Shown here: piece by piece, positions 1 to 8,979 of the stretch | Layout: each line of letters starts with the position of its first letter | Position numbering within the stretch: position 1 is the first letter of the stretch | NCBI GenBank assembly: GCA_036501535.1 | Contig: DASYAE010000209.1 | Location: 1-64,000 of the forward strand | Direction of reading: 5' to 3' | Length of the DNA: 64,000 bases | Source: Actinocrinis sp. | GTDB lineage: Bacteria > Actinomycetota > Actinomycetes > Streptomycetales > Catenulisporaceae | Position numbers and translations under genes: made by a program | The notes under the pieces: generated by a model | Told to the model about the DNA's origin: nothing | The model's database searches: none | Seen by the model: only the letters and a program-made list of their open reading frames with translations

Positions 1-107
1 GTTCCCCGTTCCGCAGCTGCTGAGACCAGCTGCGGTCGCGGACGAGGCTTGTATGCCCGCGGCGGCCAGGAAGCCTGCCAGCAGGATCAGGGCGAGGGTC
101 AGTCTGT

Positions 108-878
108 TCAGCCGGTTTCGCACAGCGGGTCCGCCATCGAAGTCACCACATTGACCAGGAGCCAGGTGCCGTTCGGGAGGCTCTGGAAGTTATCGAGCCA
201 CAGCACATAGTTGTTCGAACCGGACGTGTTCTGTCCGGCAGCGTTGCTGGAGATCGTGAGCGGCTTCGTCGCGCTCGCATCCTCACAGGCTTCGTATGTC
301 GCGATGGTCCCGGCGGTGTTGAGCTTCACCGTGCGGTTGAAGAGATGGTCGGTCCCGGTGGGCCGCTGTCCCTTCGACTTCCAGGAGCTCACCGTCTGTG
401 ACATGGTCGCGTAGGCCGCCCCGCTGGTCCACGTGGTGAAGTTCGGATCACCGGCGTTCCCCTGGCTGATCGCCTCCATGTACGACATCCACTGGTAGCC
501 GGCGTCGGTCAGCACGGCGTTCTGGGTGGCGTCCGAGGTCGTGTCCGGGTCGATCACGACGTGGAGGTCGGCGGGGATGTCGAAGGTGGGGCCGGTCGAC
601 GAGGAACTCGGGCTCGGCGAGGGGTCTTTCGACGCGTGGGCGGTCGGGGAGGACTTCGGCAGGGCGGCGTTGGGCTGCTGGGTGGCTGAGCACCCTGACA
701 GGGTTAGTGCGCCGAGTGCGCCGAGCGCCGCCAGCGCGGCGGTGGTCCGCCTGGGTGCGGCGAGCTTCGCGGGCCCTGGTCCTGGTCCTGGCCCTGGTGC
801 CTTGGTCGCGTCGCCCGGGCCGGCGAACCATGCACGGCAGCGGTGATCACGGTGGTGTCGCCGGGGCATATGATCCAC
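108..878 (-). CDS. putative secreted lipoprotein (hypothetical)
   Basis: 256-aa ORF with a signal peptide ending in lipobox L-S-G-C, then a Pro/Ser-rich linker (SPSPSSSS) and a non-repetitive ordered C-terminal domain. It is divergent from the tad locus. No family recognised. Confidence 0.55.
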   Translation of the reverse strand: MDHMPRRHHRDHRCRAWFAGPGDATKAPGPGPGPGPAKLAAPRRTTAALAALGALGALTLSGCSATQQPNAALPKSSPTAHASKDPSPSPSSSSTGPTFDIPADLHVVIDPDTTSDATQNAVLTDAGYQWMSYMEAISQGNAGDPNFTTWTSGAAYATMSQTVSSWKSKGQRPTGTDHLFNRTVKLNTAGTIATYEACEDASATKPLTISSNAAGQNTSGSNNYVLWLDNFQSLPNGTWLLVNVVTSMADPLCETG

Positions 879-1273
879 CTCCCCAATTCGCTTCCGCCGG
901 CGCGCGGGACCGGCGTGCGGTGCAGGGCCGCGTCACGGCCTGCTCCGTCCTGCTCCTCTTACCCTCTACCCTTACCCACCCCGCCGCTGTGCGGCGCCGT
1001 CCGAAGCCATCGGCATCGGATCGTAGCCGTCCGATCTCTCTTCGCATAGACGTCGAAAGCGAATCGCGATGTACCTCACGTGCATCGTCCTTCGCACCAC
1101 GGCCGGCACGACCCCCTGCCGCTACTCCTCTACCCGACGAGACATCAGTTCTATACATCCGTAACGGTCGTCACGAAGATTTCGCTATCTGGGTGTTCGT
1201 CAGGCCTGTTCCTGGCCGTTACTGTGCGAGTACTATCGGCGTCTGTCCGGGACCGCGGGACACTGCATGACCG

Positions 1274-2107
1274 GTGTGCGAACCGCTTCCAACTGCCGGG
1301 AGCCATGACAAAACGATGAAAACCGTAGACAACGGCATGACACCGGGCGGCGGAGGCGGCGGCGGGTGGAAGCCGTCCGGCTCGATGATCCGGAACCGCG
1401 GTGAGTCCAGGGGTCCCTATGCCGGGACCGCGGCCGGGGCGCCCCCACCCGTCTCGCCCGGCGGACGCGTCCCCTCGGTGCCGCGGGAGCGCAAGCCCGC
1501 GATGGCCGCGCTCGGCCTGCTGCTCGTGGTGGTCGGCGTGCTGGCGTCGGTTTATCTGCAACAGAGCTCACAGCACCGGGTCGGCGTGGTCGAGATCAGC
1601 CATACCGTGGCCGCCGGACAGCCCATCACCGGCTCCGACATCAGCGAGGCCATGGTCGCCATCGACCCGAACATCGTCTATGTGACCTGGGCTCAGCGCG
1701 CCGACCTGTTCGCCCACTTCAGCGCCGCCACCACGCTGGTGCCCGGAACGCTGCTGGTGGCCAACATGGTCACGAGCGCTTCGCCGATCCCGGGCGGCGA
1801 CGAGATAGCCGGCGTCAACCTCAAGGACGGCAACTACCCGGACGGCATCCAGGCCGGTGACACGGTGTCCGGCTACTACGTCTCGAACAAGAACGGCGAC
1901 ACGACCGGGACCCAGTACATGGGCGACGGATTCACCTCGCCGCCGATGTTCTCCAAAGTCGAGGTCTATTCGGTCGGCCAACTGGGAACCTCCGGATCAG
2001 TGGACGTTTCGCTGGTCCTGCCGCAGTCGCTGGTGGCCGCCGCGGTTCAAGCGGCCTCAGGAGGGAACCTCGTACTCGTGTTCGACAAGCACACCCCCGG
2101 CTCATAA
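1274..2107 (+). CDS. cpaB: Flp pilus assembly protein CpaB/RcpC-like (SAF-domain protein)
   Basis: Arg-rich N-terminus, one TM helix (MAALGLLLVVVGVLASVYL), then a SAF-like segment (VVEISHTVAAGQPITGSDISEAMVAID). It is the first gene of the tad operon. The start is ambiguous: in-frame Met codons occur at 1274, 1316, 1337, 1385 and 1502. Confidence 0.7.
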   Translation: MCEPLPTAGSHDKTMKTVDNGMTPGGGGGGGWKPSGSMIRNRGESRGPYAGTAAGAPPPVSPGGRVPSVPRERKPAMAALGLLLVVVGVLASVYLQQSSQHRVGVVEISHTVAAGQPITGSDISEAMVAIDPNIVYVTWAQRADLFAHFSAATTLVPGTLLVANMVTSASPIPGGDEIAGVNLKDGNYPDGIQAGDTVSGYYVSNKNGDTTGTQYMGDGFTSPPMFSKVEVYSVGQLGTSGSVDVSLVLPQSLVAAAVQAASGGNLVLVFDKHTPGS

Positions 2108-2333
2108 TGCTGACGAGACCGATTAACCCGGCGGATTCAGCGGAACGGAGACCATAGCGGTACATCCCCACCCGCCGTGCCCCAGCGTCGCAGTACCCTG
2201 AGCAAGGCGGGCCGCGCCGCCGCGGCGCGGCGCACGGCGCGCAGCCCGGGGCGACCCGGACGGCGAGGGGCCCGACGCCCCGAACGGACGGAACGGAAGC
2301 ACCGCACCGCACAAGGGGGCAGGGAGCCGGATC

Positions 2334-3914
2334 ATGGCGCTGATCATCGTGGCCGGAGACAAAGGGTCTCCGGGCGTCACCACCGCGGCGGTGGCCCTCG
2401 CCGCGGCGTGGCCGCGCCACGCGATCCTCGCCGAGTGCGACCCGCACGGCGGCGACCTGGTCTACCGTCTCGCCGCGGAGCAGGGCGGCCCGCTGGATCC
2501 GAACACCGGCCTGCTGTCCGTCGCCATCGCCGCCCGGCGCGGCTTCGACGCGCGCGCCATCCCGCAGCACCTGCAGCGCGTGCACGGCGGCCTCGACGTC
2601 CTGGTCGGCCTCGGCACCGCGGAGCAGGCCGCCGCGGTCACCGGGCAGTGGTCCCGGCTGGCCCGCGCCTTCGACCAGTTCGCCGCGCTGCCCGAGGGCG
2701 GCGACGTGATCGCGGACTGCGGCCGGGTCGGCCCCTCGTCCCCGGCGCTGGAGCTGATGCCGCACGCCGCGCTGGTACTGCTGATCGCGCGCGCCGACGC
2801 CGAACAGGTGGCGCACGTGCGGGACCGCGCCAACGGCCTTTCCCAGGCGCTGCACGGCAACCAGGGCGCGACCGCCTCGATCGCCCGGCCGCCGATCGGC
2901 GTCGTGCTCATCGCGAAGCACCGCGAGGCGAAGAAGGTCGCGCACCAGGTCGGCGACCTGCTGTCGGCGACGGCTGGGGGAGCCGAGGTGCTCGGCGTGC
3001 TCGCGGAGGATCCGGAGGGCGCCGCAGCGCTCTGCGGCAGGGTGCACGCGCGGGTGGACAAGTCGCTGCTGATGCGCTCCGCCCGCGATCTGGCGAATTC
3101 GGTGACGGCGCGATACGCGCTGCTCCGGCAGCAGCCGCCGGCTGCGGCTGCGCACACTGCGCCTCCGCGCAGCTCTGCTCCCGGGGCCGGTCCGGCGGCG
3201 TCGGCCGCGGCCGCACAGTCTTATCAGTACCCTTCGGCGCATGCGGCGGCATCGTCTGGCGCGCCGCCGCCTTCCGCGGCCGAGACCACGGCGCCGATGC
3301 CGCCTATCCGTGACGCCTATGCCCCGCCGGTCGCACCGATATATAGCGCGCCGCAGCCGTGGTCGGCCGACCAGCAGTCGTATCAGTACTCACAGCGGCC
3401 GCAGTACGGACAGCAGTCGGCGCAGCCGCAGCATCAGTCGCGATACCCCCAGTACCCGCAGAGCGCGGCGAATTATTACCAGGACCAGGCTCAGCCTCAG
3501 GGGCAGTCCCAGGCGCAGAATCATGCGGCGCATCAGCCGCCGACCGCTGCGCAGACCCCGGCTACCGTCACGCTGACGCCCAAGCTGCAGCCGCAGCAGC
3601 CCCAGCAGCCTCACCAGCCCCAGTCCCAGCCGGAGCCGGCAGACGGGTGGCCGATCCGAGACGCCGTACCCACCACCGCCTCGGCCGCGGCCTCACCTGC
3701 CTCCCCACCTGCCCCCCAGCCCCAGCTGAACCTCGAGCCCGAGCCTGCGCCCGCAGCACACACACCCGAGCCCGCGATCTCCGCCGAAGACCCCGCCGAG
3801 CCCTCCGCGGCGCCCGCGGCCCCCGACCGATCCTCGACCCCTGACTCCGACGTCGCGGACCTCGCCGACGCCGCGCCGGTCTCCACCGGGTCCGGCGGGA
3901 CGGTGCAGCCCTGA
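2334..3914 (+). CDS. tadZ: TadZ/CpaE-like ParA/MinD-fold pilus localisation protein with a long Gln/Tyr/Pro-rich disordered C-terminal tail
   Basis: N-terminus MALIIVAGDKGSPGVTTAAVALAAA is a degenerate deviant Walker A (KGSPGVTT lacks the second Lys), typical of TadZ. It sits between cpaB and tadA. The last ~250 aa are low complexity with QSYQY/QPQ repeats. The stop overlaps the tadA start by 1 nt. Confidence 0.7.
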   Translation: MALIIVAGDKGSPGVTTAAVALAAAWPRHAILAECDPHGGDLVYRLAAEQGGPLDPNTGLLSVAIAARRGFDARAIPQHLQRVHGGLDVLVGLGTAEQAAAVTGQWSRLARAFDQFAALPEGGDVIADCGRVGPSSPALELMPHAALVLLIARADAEQVAHVRDRANGLSQALHGNQGATASIARPPIGVVLIAKHREAKKVAHQVGDLLSATAGGAEVLGVLAEDPEGAAALCGRVHARVDKSLLMRSARDLANSVTARYALLRQQPPAAAAHTAPPRSSAPGAGPAASAAAAQSYQYPSAHAAASSGAPPPSAAETTAPMPPIRDAYAPPVAPIYSAPQPWSADQQSYQYSQRPQYGQQSAQPQHQSRYPQYPQSAANYYQDQAQPQGQSQAQNHAAHQPPTAAQTPATVTLTPKLQPQQPQQPHQPQSQPEPADGWPIRDAVPTTASAAASPASPPAPQPQLNLEPEPAPAAHTPEPAISAEDPAEPSAAPAAPDRSSTPDSDVADLADAAPVSTGSGGTVQP

Positions 3915-5212
3915 TGGACCACGCTCTCGTCAAGCAACTGCGGCAGGAGGTCGGCGACCGGATCGCCGAACAGCGCCGGATCGACCAACTCTCCGGCATG
4001 CTGCCGATGAACCCGGAGGACGAGCGGCAGTTCGGCCGCGCCGTCATCGGCCAGGTGCTCGAGGAGCACGCGCGCAGCGAGGTCACCGCCGGCCGCATGC
4101 CGCCGAACGCGGCCGAGGAGGAGGCGCTCGCCGCCGGGGTGCACGCCGCGCTGTTCGGGGTCGGCCGGCTCCAGCCGCTGCTGGACGACCCCAACATCGA
4201 GAACATCGACGTCAACGGCTGCGACCGGGTCTTCATCTCGTACGCCGACGGGCGCGAGGTGATGAGCGAGCCGGTGGCCGAGTCGGACGCCGAGCTGATC
4301 GAGCTGGTCCAGATCCTCGGCGCCTACTCGGGCCTGTCCTCCCGCCCGTTCGACTCGGCCAACCCGCAGCTCGACCTGCGCCTGCCGGACGGCTCGCGGC
4401 TCTCCGCGGTGATGGACGTGACCCGCCGCCCGGCCATCTCGATCCGGCGCGCCCGACTCGGCAAGGTGTTCGTCAGCGACCTGGTCGGCAACGGCACGCT
4501 GGTGCCCGAGGTGGCCTCCTGCCTGTCCGCGATGGTCGGCGCGCGCAAGAACGTGATGCTCGCCGGGTCCACCAACGCCGGCAAGACGACGCTGCTGCGC
4601 GCGCTGGCCAACGAGATCCAGCCGAACGAGCGCCTGGTCACCGTGGAGCGGGCGCTGGAGCTCGGCCTGGACCAGTTCCCCGAGCTGCACCCGAACTCGG
4701 TCGCGCTCGAGGAGCGGTTGCCCAACTCCGAGGGCGTCGGCGCGATCAGCATGGCCGAGCTGGTGCGCCGCTCGCTGCGGATGAACCCGTCCCGGGTGAT
4801 CGTCGGCGAGGTGCTCGGCGACGAGATCGTCACCATGCTCAACGCGATGTCGCAGGGCAACGACGGCTCGCTGTCCACGATCCACGCGAACTCCTCGCTC
4901 GAGGTGTTCAACCGGATCTCCACCTACGCGCTGCAGGCGAACGAACGGCTCCCGGTCGAGGCCTCGCACATGCTCATCGCCGGCGCGATCGACTTCGTGG
5001 TCTTCATCGAGAAGCGCAACGATTACAGCCGCGGCGGCACCCTGCGCCGCTTCGTCTCCTCCGTGCGCGAGGTCAACGGCGTCGACGGCCGGGTGCTGTC
5101 CTCCGAGGTGTTCGCGCCGGGGCTGGACGGCCGGGCGGTGGCCCACTCGCCGATCGCCTGCCTCGACGAGCTCGTCGCGCACGGCTATGTACCCAGCGGA
5201 TTGTGGCGGTGA
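3914..5212 (+). CDS. tadA: TadA/CpaF type II/IV secretion ATPase for the Flp pilus
   Basis: Walker A GSTNAGKTT, plus the conserved secretion-ATPase segments RVIVGEV and NDGSLSTIHANS. 432 aa. Confidence 0.9.
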   Translation: MDHALVKQLRQEVGDRIAEQRRIDQLSGMLPMNPEDERQFGRAVIGQVLEEHARSEVTAGRMPPNAAEEEALAAGVHAALFGVGRLQPLLDDPNIENIDVNGCDRVFISYADGREVMSEPVAESDAELIELVQILGAYSGLSSRPFDSANPQLDLRLPDGSRLSAVMDVTRRPAISIRRARLGKVFVSDLVGNGTLVPEVASCLSAMVGARKNVMLAGSTNAGKTTLLRALANEIQPNERLVTVERALELGLDQFPELHPNSVALEERLPNSEGVGAISMAELVRRSLRMNPSRVIVGEVLGDEIVTMLNAMSQGNDGSLSTIHANSSLEVFNRISTYALQANERLPVEASHMLIAGAIDFVVFIEKRNDYSRGGTLRRFVSSVREVNGVDGRVLSSEVFAPGLDGRAVAHSPIACLDELVAHGYVPSGLWR

Positions 5213-6199
5213 GTGGAATTGCCGGCTGATGCGTACCTGACGCAGAACACCGCCGCGGCCATCCTGGTCGGCGCGATGGTCGGCGGTGGCCTCGTGCTCA
5301 CGGTCGCGGCCCTGATCGGCTGGCGCGCGAAGCCGAAGAGCCCGAACCGCGCCACCGCCGTCATCCTGCGCCGCCTCGGCCGGCGCGGGATCATCGCCCT
5401 GCTGATGGGCGTGGTCGTCGGCGTGGCCAGCGGATGGGTGGTGCTCGGCCTCGGCGCGGTCGCGCTGATCATGTTCTGGGACGAGCTGTTCGGCGGCGCG
5501 GGCAGCGAGCGGCTCGCGGTGCGCCGGGTCGAGGCGCTGGCCCTGTGGACCGAGTCGCTGCGGGACACCATCGCCGGCGCGGTCGGCCTCGAGCAGGCGA
5601 TCCCGGCCTCGGCCCGCGGCGCCGACCCGGTGCTGCGCGTCCACCTCAACGCCCTGCTCGACCGGCTGCGCGGCCGGATGCCGATGCCCGAGGCGCTGCA
5701 GATGCTGGCCGACGACCTCGACGACGCCGCGGCCGACCTGGTCATCGCGGCCCTGATCCTCAACTCCAAGCTGCGCGGGCCGGGCCTGCGCGACGTGCTC
5801 AGCGCGCTGGCCGCCTCGGCCCGCGAGGAGGTCGAGGTGCGCCAGCGGGTCATCGCCAGCCGGGCCGGGACCCGCCGCTCGGTGCAGATCATCGTCGCCG
5901 TCGTGGTCGTCTTCATGCTCGGCATGGCGCTGTTCAACAGCAGCTTCGTGGCCCCGTACAGCACCTTCCTGGGCGAGGTCGTGCTGGTCATCGTGATCGG
6001 GCTGTTCGCGATCGGCTTCTTCTGGCTGCGCCGGCTGGCCAAGGTGGAGACCCCGGCCCGGTTCCTGGTCGGCTCCGGGACGGCGGCCGGATCGCGGTCC
6101 GCGGCGGACCAGGCCGCCGCGCGCGCCGCCCATCCCGGCGCGACCGAGCTGATGGCGCCGGCCGGCTCGCCGCCCTACACCCGTCGCGGAGGACGCTGA
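5213..6199 (+). CDS. tadB: TadB (type II secretion F-domain inner-membrane platform protein)
   Basis: GTG start immediately after the tadA stop. Several TM helices and a T2SSF-like central segment. The operon position fits tadB. Confidence 0.75.
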   Translation: MELPADAYLTQNTAAAILVGAMVGGGLVLTVAALIGWRAKPKSPNRATAVILRRLGRRGIIALLMGVVVGVASGWVVLGLGAVALIMFWDELFGGAGSERLAVRRVEALALWTESLRDTIAGAVGLEQAIPASARGADPVLRVHLNALLDRLRGRMPMPEALQMLADDLDDAAADLVIAALILNSKLRGPGLRDVLSALAASAREEVEVRQRVIASRAGTRRSVQIIVAVVVVFMLGMALFNSSFVAPYSTFLGEVVLVIVIGLFAIGFFWLRRLAKVETPARFLVGSGTAAGSRSAADQAAARAAHPGATELMAPAGSPPYTRRGGR

Positions 6200-7098
6200 T
6201 GCTCACCGAGATCTTCCTGGGCGTGTGCGTGGGCTTCGGCCTGTTCGTGATCGCCCGGGCCCTGATACCGGACCGGATGGGCGCGGCCGCCCGGGTCGCC
6301 CAGATCGACGCGTTGCGCGAGCTCGGCCGGTTCGGCGCGCCGGCCCCGGAGGACGCCGGCGGCATGCGGGACCGGCTCGGCCGGCGGCTGGCCGAGATGT
6401 TCGCCCGGTACGGCTGGGAGATGCGCAGCGTGCGCGCCGACCTGTACGTGCTGCAGCGCTCCTGGCAGCGGCTGCTGGTGACCAAGTTCGGGCTGGCCGT
6501 CACCGGGTTCCTGATCGGCCCGCTGCTGTTCGCCGCCGCGCTCGAGGTCGGCATCCGCGTCAACCCGTTCATTCCGCTGTGGGTCGCGCTCGCCCTGGCC
6601 GCGGTGTTCTTCATGCTGCCCGACCTGGAGGTGCGCCGGGACGCCGACGCGAAGCGGCTGGACCTGCGCCGGATCATCGCCGCCTATCTCGACCTGGTCG
6701 CGATGAACCTGGCCGGCGGCCGCGGCCTGCCCGAGGCGCTGACCGCCGCGGCCGAGATCAGCGAGGGCGACGGCCTCGGCCGGATCCGGGACTGCCTGGC
6801 CGAGGCCCGGCTCTCCGGCACCCAGCAGTGGGCCGCCCTCGGCCGGCTAGGCTCCGACCTCGGCATCAAGGAACTGACGGATCTGGGCACCGCACTGGCG
6901 CTGGTCGCGGACGACGGCGCCAAGGTGCGCGCCTCGCTGTCCGCCCGCGCGGAGACCATGCGCAAGCGGGAGCTGGCCGACCTGGAGGGCAAGGCCGGCG
7001 CGCGCTCGCAGTCCATGCTGGTGGCCCAGATGTTCCTGTGCCTGGGCTTCATGGTCTTCATCCTCTTCCCGGCCGTCATGCGCCTGGCGGAGCTGTGA
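6199..7098 (+). CDS. tadC: TadC (type II secretion F-domain inner-membrane platform protein)
   Basis: The ATG overlaps the tadB stop (TGATG). N-terminal TM helix MLTEIFLGVCVGFGLFVIA and C-terminal TM helices. The track ORF 5434..7098 is an out-of-frame upstream extension and is not the real gene. Confidence 0.75.
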   Translation: MLTEIFLGVCVGFGLFVIARALIPDRMGAAARVAQIDALRELGRFGAPAPEDAGGMRDRLGRRLAEMFARYGWEMRSVRADLYVLQRSWQRLLVTKFGLAVTGFLIGPLLFAAALEVGIRVNPFIPLWVALALAAVFFMLPDLEVRRDADAKRLDLRRIIAAYLDLVAMNLAGGRGLPEALTAAAEISEGDGLGRIRDCLAEARLSGTQQWAALGRLGSDLGIKELTDLGTALALVADDGAKVRASLSARAETMRKRELADLEGKAGARSQSMLVAQMFLCLGFMVFILFPAVMRLAEL

Positions 7099-7209
7099 CG
7101 GCCGCGGCCGCGACCGGCCTGGGGCCGCCGGTCCCGGCGAGCGGGGCCGACACCATGGACGACGCGGACGACGACGCTGCGAATTACATCAAAGGAGGTA
7201 CAACCGAAC

Positions 7210-7446
7210 ATGAGAGCCTTGATGAACGGGCTTCGCGCCCGATCGGACCGGGTGCGGTCCGGAGACCGGAGGCAGCGCGGCGCATCGGCGGTCGAGTGGG
7301 TGGTGATCTCCTTCATCCTCGTCATGATCGTCACCGCGGTCGGCGTCATCCTCTACAAGGCGCTGGACACGACCGCCACGAACACCGCGAACTGCATCCA
7401 GAACGCGAACCCGAGCGGCTCCGGCTGCTCCACCGGCGGAGGCTGA
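7210..7446 (+). CDS. flp: Flp family prepilin
   Basis: 78 aa. A basic leader ends in RQRG followed by ASAVEW, a class-III signal-peptide G/XXXXE[YFW] motif. A hydrophobic helix (VVISFILVMIVTAVGVILY) follows, then a short Cys-containing tail. Confidence 0.7.
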   Translation: MRALMNGLRARSDRVRSGDRRQRGASAVEWVVISFILVMIVTAVGVILYKALDTTATNTANCIQNANPSGSGCSTGGG

Positions 7447-7901
7447 CCGCACCGCACGGCTCCGATCGCCGCGGCGCCCGCGCGCGGGGCGACCGGCTCG
7501 AGCGCCAGCGCGGCGTCTCGGCGATCGAGTTCGTGCTGCTCACCCCGATCCTGTTCGTGCTGATCTTCAGCACGGTGCAGTTCGCGCTGTACTTCTTCGC
7601 CCGGCACGTCGTGCAGACGGCGACCCAGGAGGCGCTCAACACCGCGCGCGACGAGGCGGCGGCGCCCGGCGTGGACTGGCGGGGCGACACGCAGGCCACC
7701 GGGCTGCGCTGGATCCAGAACCTCGCGCCGAGCCTGGTGACGTCCCCGACGGTGGATCCCCCGGTGCTGTCCTCGCAGGACGGTGTCGAGACGGTCCAGG
7801 TGACGATCACGGCGAAGGTCCCGTCGTGGCTCGGCACGATCACGGTGACCCAGACGGCGACCGGACCGGTCGAGCAGTTCTACTCGGACACAGGCGATTG
7901 A
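7443..7901 (+). CDS. tadE: TadE-like pseudopilin (start codon uncertain)
   Basis: The frame reads ...RGDRLERQRG VSAIEFVLLTPILFVLIFSTVQFALYFF..., a G/xSAIEF processing motif plus a hydrophobic segment. I found no in-frame ATG, GTG or TTG between the flp stop and the motif. The 5' coordinate is a placeholder (CTG at 7443). Confidence 0.5.
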   Translation: MTAPHGSDRRGARARGDRLERQRGVSAIEFVLLTPILFVLIFSTVQFALYFFARHVVQTATQEALNTARDEAAAPGVDWRGDTQATGLRWIQNLAPSLVTSPTVDPPVLSSQDGVETVQVTITAKVPSWLGTITVTQTATGPVEQFYSDTGD

Positions 7902-7923
7902 GGGGATGAGGGGAGGAACGACG

Positions 7924-8403
7924 ATGAAGCACCCGGCGGCCGGTGGTCATGCGTCACCCTCGACGCTGCGCCGCAGGCTGCTGCTTGTACCTCGTGCATC
8001 AGATAAGCGGCAGAGCGGCATGTCTACGATCGAGGTCGTCCTCTGGACGCCTATCATCGTCGGCTTCTTCATGCTGATCGTCGCGTTCGGATTCCTCGTC
8101 AACTCCTATGGGGACATCCAGAACGCGGCCAGCGACGCCGCGCGGGCCGGCTCGCTCCAGCGCGACCCCGTCTCCGCGCAGAACGCCGCGCTGGCCGCCG
8201 CGCAGGCCGATCTGCCGACGCAGTGCGTCGGCGGGCCGGCCGTCTCGCCGGACGAGAACGCATTCGCCGCCGGCAACCTCTACACGATTCAGCTGACCTG
8301 CACGGTCAGCCTCGGCGGCCTCGACTGGTTCCAGATCGGCGACAAGACGTTCACCGTCACCGCATCGGCTCCGCTCGACGCGTTCCGGAGGTCGACGCCA
8401 TGA
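7924..8403 (+). CDS. tadE: TadE/TadF-like pseudopilin
   Basis: Leader ...DKRQSG followed by MSTIEVVLWTPIIVGFFMLIVAFGFLV. The ATG at 7924 has a GGGGAGGAA ribosome-binding site about 7 nt upstream; ATG 7906 is an alternative start. Confidence 0.7.
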   Translation: MKHPAAGGHASPSTLRRRLLLVPRASDKRQSGMSTIEVVLWTPIIVGFFMLIVAFGFLVNSYGDIQNAASDAARAGSLQRDPVSAQNAALAAAQADLPTQCVGGPAVSPDENAFAAGNLYTIQLTCTVSLGGLDWFQIGDKTFTVTASAPLDAFRRSTP

Positions 8404-8957
8404 GCGCGGCAGGCAGCGCGAGGCGCCTTTGGAGCGGCTGCATTGCAGCGCTCGGGCAAAGGCTGCGCGCCCCGGCGCGGCGCGGCCGCGAGCGCGGCAC
8501 CTTCTCCATCGCCGTCGTCATCTGGGTGCTGATGACCGTCGTGCTCGGCGCCTTCGTGGTGGACGGCGGCCTGTCGATCAGCGAGCGGGAGCGGGCCGGC
8601 GACCTCGCCCAGCAGGCCGCCCGCGCGGTCGCGAACTTCCTCGACACGAACGACCTGCGCACCGGCACGATCGTGATCGACTTCAACGCCGACGGCAGCT
8701 GCAACCAGGACGAGCAGCACACGGTGCTCCAGCTGCTGGAGGCCGACGGCCTCCAGGACACCGACCTGCTCTACTGCGGCCGGAATCCGGCCGACAACGG
8801 CGAGACCACGACGATGGACAACGGGGTCCCCGTGCAGGTCCCGGACATCATGGTCACGATCAACGTTCCGTACTCGCCGCTGTTCACCGGCATGTTCTAC
8901 AAGGGAAAAGTCTCTGTAACCGCATCAGCCACCGCCTATCCCGAGCCCGGGATCTAA
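8400..8957 (+). CDS. tadG: TadG-like pilus assembly protein (TadE/G N-terminal domain)
   Basis: The ATG overlaps the preceding stop (ATGA). N-terminus ...RERG TFSIAVVIWVLMTVVLGAFVVDGGLSIS matches the TadE/G-like N-terminal module. 185 aa. Confidence 0.7.
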   Translation: MSAAGSARRLWSGCIAALGQRLRAPARRGRERGTFSIAVVIWVLMTVVLGAFVVDGGLSISERERAGDLAQQAARAVANFLDTNDLRTGTIVIDFNADGSCNQDEQHTVLQLLEADGLQDTDLLYCGRNPADNGETTTMDNGVPVQVPDIMVTINVPYSPLFTGMFYKGKVSVTASATAYPEPGI

Positions 8958-8979
8958 GCCGCGGAGAGCGAGGAAAGCC

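Noticed and set aside
2334-3914. calling TadZ a functional MinD/ParA-type ATPase
   Set aside because: The P-loop is degenerate (KGSPGVTT). I therefore describe it as an ATPase-fold localisation factor rather than an active ATPase.
3611-6133. 840-aa minus-strand ORF
   Set aside because: It is antisense to tadA/tadB, which have unambiguous ATPase and membrane-protein signatures. The translation is Arg/Gly/Asp/His-rich nonsense, as expected from GC third-position skew on the wrong strand.
5434-7098. 554-aa plus-strand ORF spanning tadB and tadC
   Set aside because: Upstream of 6199 it is out of frame with tadB and translates to Arg/Gly/Pro repeats. Only the portion from the ATG at 6199 (MLTEIFLGV...) has membrane-protein character, so tadC was called from 6199.
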